Below, piece by piece: positions 25,145 to 36,310 of a stretch of 64,000 nucleotides of DNA; position 1 is the first letter of the stretch; each line of letters begins with the position of its first letter. The notes below the pieces were generated by a model that saw only the letters and a program-made list of their open reading frames with translations, was not told the DNA's origin and did not search any database. Source of the DNA: Podarcis melisellensis (lineage: Eukaryota); assembly GCA_964234715.1 (NCBI GenBank), contig OZ174281.1. The stretch is one strand, 5' to 3'. Both the position numbers and the translations under genes were made by a program.

Positions 25145-26601
25145 TAGTGGAAAGGTTAGATAATGTTGTATCCAAGCAAGTGTTGCCCACCCTTTCCAGT
25201 GCAGTTCCCTGTCACTTTCCTTCTTGCCAAACGTTCAATACTTTGAAGAAGCAGGTCTGTTACACAAGACCTTCCAATCAAGTATAATTGTGCAACCTGC
25301 TGGTTTGTGATTGACTCTCACTAGTAAATAGCAACAGTCTAGAAGCATCCCATGTCCATTTTCTCTAAACTATATATAACTCTATACACTTTGATCATGT
25401 CACCATTTAATATATGGCACCATGCTTGTGTATTTTGTGACTGGCACATTATAAACTGCAGCTTCAGATATCTGGAAGGAGGCAGGTTATCTAACCACAA
25501 AAAAAGAACAGCAAAAGATAACTCTCCTTCACTTTTATAATTAACAGTGAATAATAATTTTTGCACAAATGTGTAGCCATCTTTTGTGACCTAGTGCCAC
25601 TTGAAGAGAATGGGAAAGAAATCAGTTTAAAAGAGCCATTGGAGTCTGACCTTGGGGTAGACAACAGGAATTAATAAACAACTTGGATCAGATATAATAA
25701 CAGTAATGGAAACTTGCCGTCATAGAAATGAAATGCCATTCTGCACACAAGCAGGACTCGGCTTTTTGAATCCATCACACTGATTCAGGCAAATATTCAC
25801 AAGGCTTTGAATGTGATTGAAAAGAGGGATGCCAAGGTTACCCTCTGCCTACGCAGTGTGATAAATACACTGACACATCTCCTGAAGTGACAAACTTGCA
25901 TGTGAAAATGGAACTTAACTCATTGGCATAGGATGATGGCGATGATGCAGCCACAGGTGTTGGGTGACGGATGGAGCTGACATTTGGAGGTTATTCTGAG
26001 AATGAGCTCTCGCCTGAGCATTTCATATAGCTAGATGTGTGGCAAAATGAAGTTCTGATGTGCTATACTAGTATTCTATGAGACGTGTTTCCTCAAGATT
26101 CCATGCTAGTTATCAACAGATGTGTTAAATCTTTCTGTATGGCATTCCAGGATGATTTGCAAAGGGAGGGGATTGCTACAGTAGGGGAACATAATATAAC
26201 AATATTTAAACAGGACAAGGTCTGCAACTTTGGTTGCTAACATGGTGACCTCCAGATGTTGTTGGACTACAACTCATTATTTAGTATTAGATTTTATTTG
26301 GCTACCCTTAACTTACTTAGTATAGATTATAAGAAGATGTACGGTTGGAGCAGAGCCATCATGACCATGAGAGTCTTAGGAAGATAAGAATTCTGACTGG
26401 AATTCAGTGCTTTACTGGGGTAGGAGTTTGGGAATGGTAGATAAGCTGTTAAATCCATCTGCCTGCCTATTCCTTAGCTACCCTGCTGACCTGGGCTATT
26501 TCTTTCTCTTGGTTGATCTTGGAGGGAGAGAACTGAAACCAGCTGTGTGTAATGTGAAAGACCTGGCCCATAGACTTATTTAAAGGGTGCTGCTGTTTGA
26601 A

Positions 26602-26780
26602 GGGTCATAGCTCAGTGGCAGAGTGTCTGCCTTGCAAGCAGAAGTTTCCTGGTTCAATCCCTAACATGTCCAGTTAGGGTTGGGAGAGACTCCTCTCTGA
26701 AATCCTGGTGAGCTGCCAACAGTACTGAGCTAGTTGGACTAATGGTCTGACCTGGTATAAGGCCGCTTCCTAAGTTCCTA
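26602..26780 (+). mobile_element. tRNA-derived SINE (Squam2-like)
   Basis: TAGCTCAGTGGCAGAG A box, GGTTCAATCCC B box, non-tRNA body, TTCCTAAGTTCCTA tail. Confidence 0.7.
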
Positions 26781-28599
26781 ACTCTCAGTAGTAGATTATT
26801 ATTATTATTTTAACCTTCTCTTTCTCTTTCCTTCCCCTTTCTATTTTGGGTTCCCACAGTTTCCTCTTCCTTTCTTCTCTTCTTCCCTGCTCAGTTTTCT
26901 GTTTGTTTTGGAAGGTACGAAGGTTATAGTAGTTGGTCTGATGGGTGGTTGGGAGTGGGAGTTTATAGCTCAGGGAAAGAGCCTGAGCAGCTGGAATATT
27001 GGTGAGATAAAGTTGCTCACTGATGTTTGGGGCAAGAATTTTATCGACACAGAGCTGCCTTTGGGGATGAGGCAAGGAGACGACATTATTGATTTATCTT
27101 TACTTTAATTCCAAGGCTGTATAAGTTGTTATCTGGTCAGCTGTCTTTGCTTGACAGAGTGTTTAGGATTTTCCAATCATTACTGGTTTAAAAATGGTTT
27201 ATTTGATTATTCATATTTCGTACTCTATTTGATTTTTCTTTTGTATTCTGTTTTGAGATGTATTTATTTATTGTCTTTGAGTTCTGCTTGGTATATTATT
27301 TGATTTTTTGGTATTGTATTTTGACCAACACTTTACATGTAGTTTTCAGATTCTTTTATACATACTATCTTTGATTTTCATATTCTATATCAACTTGAGC
27401 TTTTGTTTATTCCATATTCGATCTATATTTTGTCCATGGCTTTGAGGTTCTTTCATATGCTACAAGATCTCTACTTAGTATTATGCCTTGAAACACTGGT
27501 TTATTGTATTTGATTTTGATTTTCTGTACATCACTTTGAGATTCTAAAGCAATTGGGACATTTTCTAAATAGCTAGATAGAGCTATCCTATAACTGTTGG
27601 ACAACGAGGCCACATAAGAATATCAATATACAATATCTTTATTGTCATTGTCCCATACAGAACAATGAAATTGAAAATCTACATAAAACATTCAAAAACC
27701 CCTAAAAACTCTGAAACCCCATTTTAAAATATAATATACTATAGAGACTCCTTATGCTGCATTTAGAACCAGAATTGCATTTGTGGAATATCACCAACTT
27801 TGTTGGTTGTTTTATATTGCTACTGTTTGTGGGGCCTGGAAGATGATTCATTTCAGTGAGAGTGAAGTCCCAGAGGAAGAGGTGTAGATGAGAGCTTGAG
27901 TTTAAAGGACAGCAGCTTGACTGGGAGTAGGGCTGCTGCCCACGCCCACACATCTATATGATTTGGATGCTTGTTACACTACAGATCTCTTTGTAGGCAT
28001 TTCTGTTGGATCATAGTCCTCTTGTATGCTGGCCATGTAGTTTTATGAAGTGAGTGGAGAGAATAATTATTGGACTATTCTTGGTAGTAGTGGTGAGTAT
28101 AATAATGCTTAGCTCACTCTTTAGTTGCTGTATTTTTAAAATAGGTTAGAATTATTTATAGTTGTCTTATTAATGACCTGCTAATTATATAAGCTATGCT
28201 GTAACTATGGTGTTTTTTGTTTGTTGTTGTTGTTTATTGCTTGCAGGCCCCTTCGGCTTATTTTGAATGGAAAGTGGCATAGAAATGCAATTAATCAAAT
28301 CAATAAGCAAGAGGTTCAAATCAGGGAAAGCAGAATATCCAATTATGAAGACTGAATCCTGGCAGCAGAAGTGGCATGCAATAGGGAGAAATGTGCCAAC
28401 ACTGACAGTTCAAAAGATCCATGAAGAAACAGAGGAATGAGAAATGCAACTCTGTATTAAAGGGACGTTCTCCCCAACACTGTTCTGATACTGGAAGCAA
28501 CCCAGGCTGGGGAGGAGGTGAAATGCATGAAACAAGGAGGGAGGAGAGTAAGAATGGGGGTGGCTTCAGATCACTTTGGGCATGCATCCATTTGCAAAT

Positions 28600-28659
28600 T
28601 GTTGTTGTTTAGTCGTGTCCAACTCTTCATGACCCCATGGACCAGAGCACGCCAGGCAC
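28600..28659 (-). mobile_element. Very short BovB 3'-end insertion
   Basis: BovB terminus with (CAA)n tail; TSD TTGCAAAT at 28592-28599 and 28660-28667. Confidence 0.8.
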
Positions 28660-28689
28660 TTGCAAATATTATTTATTTAATAATATTAG

Positions 28690-29210
28690 TTTTATAGGTG
28701 CAGAACAAGAAAAGGAAAAACAAATCCCCAACTCTCCCTCTTCACCCTCTCCTTGGTTGCACCAGTGAGCATTATGTAATCCATCCCATCCCAAAATGCT
28801 TTCCCACATGTGTCTATGCATCCCCGGTGGATGCAATACATGATCTTTTGCTGTAGCATATGTCATCAAACTTGAAAGAGCTTGGTATAGAACTTGTCAG
28901 TTGAATGTTCATTTCTCATGAGTCAAGTTTCCCATTAATGCCCAGGTCCATATTTAGGTAGTTCATTCCAACAAGTCTCCGACCACAGTTCTCCAGTGCT
29001 TAGCAATTGTCAGACCAGTTGCTACAATAAGATACTGTATATCGCTAAGTCTTTATAGAACAACGTTTCAAAGACGGGATCAAAAAGAGAATGGAGAGTG
29101 GACTTAGGGTCAGGCAAAATTTTCTTCTTAGTTATGTGTTTGATTTCCTGAAACTCTTTTCAGCAAAAATAAAACAACTTTAGGGTAAGATCACCAAATG
29201 AAGTAAAAGA
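28690..29210 (-). mobile_element. Degraded L1/Tx1-like LINE 3' fragment
   Basis: Minus-strand translation contains ..IAKHW.. and other motifs resembling an L1 ORF2 C-terminus; heavily mutated. Confidence 0.45.
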
Positions 29211-30996
29211 AGTTGGAGGCCCCTGTGCCCTCTTTCCTAGTATATTGATTCTAATCACCCAATGTCCACAGAGTGGTTTACATAAAAAAAAGATAAACCA
29301 CATCATTACAACTCACAGAACACAATTAAAATAGCAATAATAAAACCATGCATGCAAAACAATTGCTATAAAACCAAAGATGCTCAAGGTTCAAACACAG
29401 TCTAACTGTAGTCACCAAAAGCTAGGGAAAAAAACAACAACTAAATTTCCGTCAAACAGTGAAAGCCCAACAATGACTAATGTTTGATGTTTTATCGTCT
29501 TTTAAATATTTTGTTGGGAGCCACCCAGAGTGGCTGGGGAAACCCAGCCAGATGAGCAGGGTATAAATAATAAAACTGATAACAACAACAACAACAACAT
29601 ATCCTTTAAGCACTCTCCAGGTGTTCTCTAAATGTATTAACTAAGCACACAAGGAGGTTAGCAGAGATGAGTGTGGCACCCACTATTATCATTTTCCCTG
29701 GCAAAGTTCTAAAAAGTGCTGGTTAGCTACATAAGTTCAGGGGTCTCCTGACTTCAGACTGTTGCCCTCCAACTTGTGAAGGGCAATGAGAATAATGATG
29801 TGGGCCTGGAGCTAGCATGCTCCTCCCAACTACCCCCCTTGCATGTTCAGTTAACACATTTAGATGATGCCTGGAGAGGGCTACATATGCATTGGAACCA
29901 GTGTAGGAGCCTAACTTCTGCGGGAAAGCGTGTGGTGTCCTTGCCATTTTGAAAACTCATAAATCACAATTTGCATAGAGTTTGCTACTCCCTAAATGCT
30001 GGTGATTGAGTTATAAAAAATTCTGTTGGACAAGGCAGTAGTGAGCGCATTAGAAAGATCTGTAATGACTGCATTGCTGCAAAAGAAGTGTTAGAGATAA
30101 TCCACTGCCATCTGTCTTTATTTTGCAAAGCCACTCAACTGGAGACCATATTTACAAAGGAAAAACAACAACACTTATTACAAGAAAGAGCTGGAAGACT
30201 AGTGCAAAATTATCTTCACAGAGATACAGCTGCATTCCAAACAGTACTATGTTCATTCAGTTACCCAATTTTAATTTGAAGCCTCGCAAGCAAAGCTTTT
30301 ATTAAAAAATAAATAAATGTAAAAATGCAGATCTTTGTGTAATCAGAATACACAGGATACATAGGTGTGCACTGAGTGTTACTTCTGGGCATAATTTTCT
30401 TCTAAATGATTTCTTTTCAGTGTGTCACACAGCAGTAAATTAATCATGCAGAGTCTTCTTCATAAACAAATTAAAACTTTACTGAAGAAAATAAACTTGT
30501 TCATAAACAGGATAGTTAAAGCGCATACACAGAGTGCTCATAGCTGCTACCTGCCTCTTCACAGAGGCACAGTCTTAGTTAGTGATTTACTAGAGTCCTG
30601 GAGCCACTCTGTCTGCCTTAGCTTTACACAGCAGCAGCAACAACAGCACCATTCCACAGACTACTCCATACACAATCCATACAGCTCTCTGATGGAGGCC
30701 CATAGCGAGACTGGCTACTTTTATTGGGAGAATGAGTCACAGTGATTTAGCAGTTTGCTGTTAACAGTTAGCAGGCTTAGGCTTGAATGATTTTGTTGGC
30801 CTTACTGCTTCTACTGCTCTCAGGAATCTTTGTCTCATGACACTGTGGCCACAACATTATCACACAGGGTTGGTTTACTGAATATGAAATATGAACAGCA
30901 TACAATCAAACAGAAAAATTGTTGAACATCCTACAAGGTGGAGCTAGATTGCCTAATGTGCAGAAATATAGTACACAATTTGCAAGAAAGGAAAAG

Positions 30997-32147
30997 TGTA
31001 GCACCCTGCTTGTGGTTAACGCTTAGCTGGAATGAAATATTCAACGCAGCAACAGAGAAATTAAAATAATAATTTATTTGTCAGACAAATAAATGAGAGG
31101 CACAGTGGTATATGGTTACCAAGCTCTGGCCTGGCCTCCTGCCATTCTGGCCAGCACTTATATTCCCTTAATCCAGCCCCCTTTGCTCCTCCTTGGGCTG
31201 CCTCTGTTCAATCAGCCTGGTTGGATTTCCTATTGGCTGATTGCTATAACTAATCACAAAAAGATACACCCATATCCTCCTGTCCTTATAAGGGAGACAA
31301 AGAGCTATATATAAATGACAAATAAGTAATAATATATCTTACATGGAATCTTAATTACCAGCTCACCTCTTGCCCTCCTTGCCCTATTGCCTTCTAAAAC
31401 AAATGGTTAATCTTACATTTTTATCTTCAAGGATCTTGAGTTAATCATCATTGAAAGATCTCCTTCATTTGAGGGTCTTTTAAACAAATGCCTGACAACT
31501 ATATATCAGAAGTGTTCGATGGCGTCTCCTGTCTGGCAAGGGGGGCTAGGCTCATTTGCCCCTCTGGTCTCCTATTGCAATATGACTCTATGAATCTAGC
31601 ATTTCTTAAATCCTTTGCATAATTACATTTAAGCCAGCATATTTCATACATAACATATATAGCTTTTTAGAAGGATAAATCTCCTCAAAGTAAAAGGAAG
31701 GAACAGTTTACAGCCTCAAAATAAAAAGTGAAGAAAAAAGTCTCTTCCCCTGTTTACACTCCCCCCCTTCTCCAGCCAGTTGTTTTCAAAACCATTTGCT
31801 CTTGGCCTTTTACCCTGTGGCTCAAGTTTAAGAAAGGCCCATGGTATCATTTTACTATTTGCCCATTCCTAATTGTGTTTTCTCAGCCTTTTTTATGTTC
31901 TGTAACATGCAGGATCAGTGTCCTTGCTCTCAGTCTGTAATTTCCTCTTTTTTTAAACGACTTTGAGAATTGTTTTTCCTGCTATAAATCAGGGGGGGGG
32001 CCCTTGTTCAGGAGGAAAACATTGCCAAGGTTCCTCTGCCTGGCATGAAACATTTGAAAATCTAAGCCCATTTAATTTAGGAACCTGATCAAGATATAAG
32101 CCAATATAAGTCTTGATTAAAAATGCAGTCTATATTCAGATGCCACA
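30997..32147 (-). repeat. 3' LTR
   Basis: Identical by eye to 36812-37962; minus-strand CCAAT at ~31232, TATAAG at 31157-31162, AATAAA at 31073-31078. Confidence 0.97.
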
Positions 32148-32158
32148 TTCCCCCCTTT
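32148..32158 (-). other. Polypurine tract
   Basis: AAAGGGGGGAA immediately 5' of the 3' LTR. Confidence 0.9.
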
Positions 32159-32176
32159 CAAGCTCAAGGACCTTGC

Positions 32177-33611
32177 TTACCAAGCGTCCTTGATAGCTTG
32201 ATCTTCATCATATTCCTGAGGTAAAGCTCTGTATAGGGCCATGATATGAGGTAGAGTTTCATTCGAAATCATCTTGCTAATTGTACTTCTAAAACATGAG
32301 ATGATACATGGCACCATACATAAAACCATTATTACTACCGTCAAGAAAAACAAGCAAGACAATAATATCCCTTTGAGTCCCGCAACATTAGGTAACCAAT
32401 TGGTGAGCCATCCCATATCCCATCCTTCCCATGTTTGTACTTGGACATGTGCTATATTCTCCATCTTTGTAGCCAACACACGGATTGCCTCACCATTATC
32501 AGAAATGTTAAAGCAACAGGCATTCCCTGTCAAGTTCAAGACTCCACATAGGCCTCCCTGCCTGGCAAGTACATAATCCATTCCCATTTTCAGCTGCAAA
32601 ATGGCGGCTCTACTTTCATCCAACTGTTATGCAATAAGTCTCAAACTCTGGGCCGTTGCATTGGTTACAAGTTCCACTACTGCTTGCAATCGAATTATTC
32701 TGTTTAGATTATAAATAGGATCCCGTGCCCCTTGTATGAGCTCACCAGGATTCCAGGAGGCAGGATCATAATAGGCTATAATGCGCTCTGGCGGCCAATC
32801 ATCAGTACCGCTCCAACTTTGGGTACTTCCTCCTGCTATACGAGAAATATCAGCATTCCTTCGTGTTCGCTTAGCTGAACTAGTGGGCATAATCCACATT
32901 GGTGGTAATACCCATCCCAGGAAACAAGTCCCACTCCATTTGGAAGGGAGTTTCTTGTATGCCCATTCTCCACATATCCACCACAACCATCGGGTCTGAG
33001 GTTTTTGGTACGTGGAGTACAGAAGGCGAAAATATCAAAAGAGGTAGAGAGTTCACAGTGCAGTATGTTAGATTGCCTTTTTCTGTCACAGTTATGTTCC
33101 ACACCACTTTCCATGCATGAATAAAAGGAGGTGCACAGGGCAAGGTATTCCGAGTTCGATACGTAGTACCGTTTGCCCAGGTTTGACTATTCTTAATATA
33201 ATCCCAAGTATAGTGGCAATGAGAAGAGCCTATCATGGTAGGATCAGCTGCATCTGATGATTTATGCACACAGATTTCCCCTTGCACAGGTATAACTCGT
33301 ATTGGTTTAGTTGAGTTCCAACCGGGGAAATTCTGTACTTCTGTTTGGTGTGGCATTTCGCTTACCATACCAATGGCACTTAATGGTATTGGTAATAAGG
33401 GCATACCTCCCTCTGAATCATCTGGCCCAAGAGAGCAAACAAGGCAATTGGTCCTATTTGCAACATTGGCTACCATTTCAGCTAAACCTACCCACATATT
33501 GTGGTCATGGCTGAATCCATATTTAGCAAATTTGGTCAGATTCAAGGACCCTTCCCTTTCCCAAGGGATCAGGATTAATAATAAAATCATGTTGATGTCT
33601 AGCATATGCAT
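32177..33611 (-). pseudogene. env: Disrupted env (ERV3/HERV-E-like gamma-type SU-TM)
   Basis: Signal peptide MLDINMILLLILIP, CxxC (CLVC), WWICG..AY.KLP..WSGTC, furin site RTRR, WPPERII.YY.PA.W, LNRIIRLQAV, Cys loop, TM helix; frameshift(s) at ~32987-33050 and an in-frame TAA at 32627-32629. Confidence 0.93.
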
Positions 33612-33711
33612 TCCTTCCACAAAAGATTACCTTATTGTGATAGCAAATAATTATTAGTCCCAATATAATTCCCCCAGTGACAGAAATGGGGAACCACCAA
33701 GACCAAAACAT
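33523..33711 (-). CDS. Candidate small hydrophobic pre-env ORF (62 aa)
   Basis: MFWSWWFPISVTGGIILGLIIICY...; one TM-like segment; overlaps the env start in another frame. Confidence 0.3.
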   Translation of the reverse strand: MFWSWWFPISVTGGIILGLIIICYHNKVIFCGRNAYARHQHDFIINPDPLGKGRVLESDQIC

Positions 33712-33922
33712 ATATCCCAAGGATCCCCAATGTGTAATATCTCTGATAATTGTTCCACAAGGGGGCAGTCAATCAATTGTATAAGAGAATCTTCCCGTTC
33801 ACAATTGCTGGTTTAGACGCTCCTCAAGCTCCAGGCGTGCGCAGGTCAGCCAGCTTCCAGGTTGTGGCTGCAGCAGGCCGGTCGTCTAATGTTGCCCGTG
33901 ACCTAACCCGTTCCCGGTAGGG

Positions 33923-34409
33923 CTAGATACAGGGGTTTTTGGAGAGAGTCAGTTTTAAAGGATTAGAGGGGTCACCTTTGCACGTCCAACTGCCTCCGGA
34001 CTTCTTCAAACGAGAGTGATGAATCCAGGGGGTCACCTCAGCTACCTTCACCGCTGTTAGAATAGAGAGCAGGACGGTGTAAGGTCCACGCCACTTAGGT
34101 GCAAGTGGATCACGTTTCCACTCTTTCACCCATATGCTATGCCAGCCTGGAGCTGATGAATCGGCTTGGCAATGCTGCACGGCGTGTGCTTGAGGGCCCA
34201 CCTGTTAAGATAAAAAAACAAACAAACACGGGAGAGAGACAAAAACACGGGAGAGATTGCACTTGTCCCTGTGTCACATGGTCTCCTATTTGTTTGAGGT
34301 CAGTTGGAATATCCTGAACAAAGGAGGGCGGCCTCCCATACAGGAGCTCAAAAGGTGACAACTTAAGTCTTTTTGTGGGTGCGCACCGAACACGAAACAG
34401 TGTTATGGG
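33923..34409 (-). pseudogene. pol: pol remnant: integrase C-terminal part only
   Basis: PITLFRVRCAP...LSPFELLYGRPP, then WVKEW...LAPKWRGPYTVLL...AVKV..VTPWIHHSRLK (GPY/F module); contains an insertion and a frameshift. Confidence 0.92.
34201..34258 (-). promoter_or_regulatory. Probable env splice acceptor
   Basis: Long pyrimidine-rich tract ending ...TTTTTATCTTAACAG|G (intron end 34202). Confidence 0.6.
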
Positions 34410-34999
34410 TCAGCAAGCACATGGGGATATTAAAGCAGCCTGTGCTTTTCCTTTGCAGGCTTGGCACAGCCCGGCCTGGTCCCTGGGGTGCAGGGCCGTA
34501 AGAGATGGAGGCAGGCTGGGCCCTCTCCCTCCTGGGTGAAGCACCTGCCGGAAGCCTCGTGGCAATCATCCCCCCCCCCGGGGGCACACGCAACAGACAC
34601 TGGGGCCAACGGAGCGTGGTGGGTTAGGGTGGCAAATGCCTCTCTGAGCTCCGCAGAAAAGCTGAACTTGCACCAGAGCCGCCTCTGACCCACATAATGG
34701 GCTATTGCCAGCTTGTATTTTAGGGAGCTGGTTTCTTGTTTTCAGCCTTGCAGCAGCAGTACCCGACTGCACACACTTAATGTGATCTCACAACAATCCT
34801 AGGAGGTAGGCCATGGTTATTCCCATTGTAGAAGAGAGGAGAAACGGAGTGATATAATGCCAGCAGTAGTATAAATATGTCCCCATACATGCACCATACA
34901 AATAAAGAGTGGACACATAGTCCTACAGATACAACCGGCCCTTTGAGGGTGACCAAACTGTTGATGCGGCCCCCGATGAATTTGAGTTTGACACCCCTG
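34410..34999. other. Non-retroviral cargo replacing most of gag-pol
   Basis: No retroviral reading frame seen; contains a GC-rich exon/intron-like piece (34410-34775), a MIR/CORE-like fragment (~34780-34850) and a hAT terminus (~34850-34999). Confidence 0.8.
34850..34999 (-). mobile_element. One end of a hAT (Charlie-like) DNA transposon
   Basis: Begins CAGGGGTGTCAAACTCAAATTC on the minus strand; the adjacent 8 bp are GTCTAAAG; no second TIR found. Confidence 0.75.
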
Positions 35000-36310
35000 C
35001 TTTAGACATATTAGTGGGCTTCTGGCATGCCCTGCAGATGCCTTGCACAAGCGTCTGGCGGTAGGTAGTAAGCCTGGCCAGGTGAATTGCATTGTTTGGA
35101 TCCCAATTAGGATCTTCCAAGGGAAAGTTGTCCTGGAGATGATGGTCAATATTATAAATATTTCCCACTCTGGCCTGCTCACGCAAATATATCTGTGCCT
35201 TTTCAATTATGTCTCTCCTTTCCTCAGTGGTGAAAAGAGTATTCAGGAGCTGGCGACAATCTGTCCAAATAGGACTATTACTATTAAGGTCACCAAGTCC
35301 ATCATAGCCTGAGGTTTTTCTGCGAAAGATGGGGTGTTTTCCAATTCATCAGATCTGTAGTTGTGAATGGAATACATTGCAGGGTCGAAGTTCGAGGTGG
35401 CCGTGGTCCAGGTTGCCCATTAACCAGCACAGGCTCCTCAAGTGCATCAAATACTCTTCTAAGAGGGGCTACTACGTGACCTTTTTCTTCACTTTGCTCT
35501 AGGGGCCTCAAATCATAGGGGATGGTATTTGTCCCAAGGCGTTCTTTTAGCAGCTTTATACGCCTGGCTGTATTGCTTGCTGACCGATTAAGGTCTCCCT
35601 GTAACTTCTGTAATAATTCTCTAGGACTTGGATGTACAGGGGTTTGGGGTAGGCAATCAGTTGTTCCACTAAAAGAGACTGTAGATGGAGTTCTACTGGG
35701 ACTCACAGGTGGAATAACCACTTCTGCTTGGGCTTCATTATAGGACTCCAATGCCTCCTGAAGATATTTATCATAATCTATCAAGGAATCAAGCTCTGTG
35801 ACTCCACCCCCATTATTCGTTCCACTTTCTTGCCTTGGGGTTACAACTGGTGGAGGGTTTGAATTAGGCTCCCTTCGATGTGGAGCATAGGGGGGAGGTG
35901 GAAGCACCTCTTCCTCTGGTCCCTCAAAAATGGGTTTAAGTTTATTTGGCAAGATTCCTTTCCTAGCTTCGGCTTTTACAGCCAATAATTTGCATCGTTG
36001 GACTTTGCATTCCCTTATCCATGGAGGATTTTTTTATTTAATGTGCTCAGCCAGGAATCTATATATGAAAATTGTTCTGGGCACCCTCCAGTTTCTTTGG
36101 TGATGTTAGACCAAAGTTTGCTTACTAAATTTATATCAAAGGTTCCCTGGGATGGCCATCCAGTACTTTGTTTTGGCTACCCTAATTCACATAACGTTCT
36201 CAAGCGCTCTGGCGTCATTTTGACTCCATATGCCCCTGAGAAGGCTTTCTTAAAATTATTTAACATACATTCAAGAGGTGTATTTCCCCCTTTGAACCCC
36301 CAACTCCCAT
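35000..36310 (-). pseudogene. gag: Disrupted, 3'-truncated gag (MA, late domain, CA N-terminal part)
   Basis: MGVGGSK myristoylation motif, TPLECMLNNFKK, LRTLCE..GWPSQGTF, PPPY, PFTTTDLMNWK, PIWTDCRQLLNTLFTTEER, FPLEDPNWDPN, KPTNMSK; about 4 frameshifts and a TAG at 36177-36179; no MHR or NC. Confidence 0.93.

Noticed and set aside
26602-26680. tRNA gene candidates (also ~8395, ~18900, ~61750)
   Set aside because: The A/B boxes continue into SINE bodies and LINE-derived tails, and no intact cloverleaf is evident.
26930-28110. Degraded protein-like minus-strand fragments containing an LHGQ motif
   Set aside because: Possibly an old R4-type or other LINE remnant, but too decayed to assign.
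31093-31940. Plus-strand ORFs duplicated in both LTRs (73 and 70 aa)
   Set aside because: Short, antisense to the provirus and without recognisable homology; they recur only because the LTR is repeated.
32177-33620. env as an intact, domesticated syncytin-like gene
   Set aside because: It has an in-frame stop and frameshifts, and the LTRs are very young, so there is no sign of long-term co-option.
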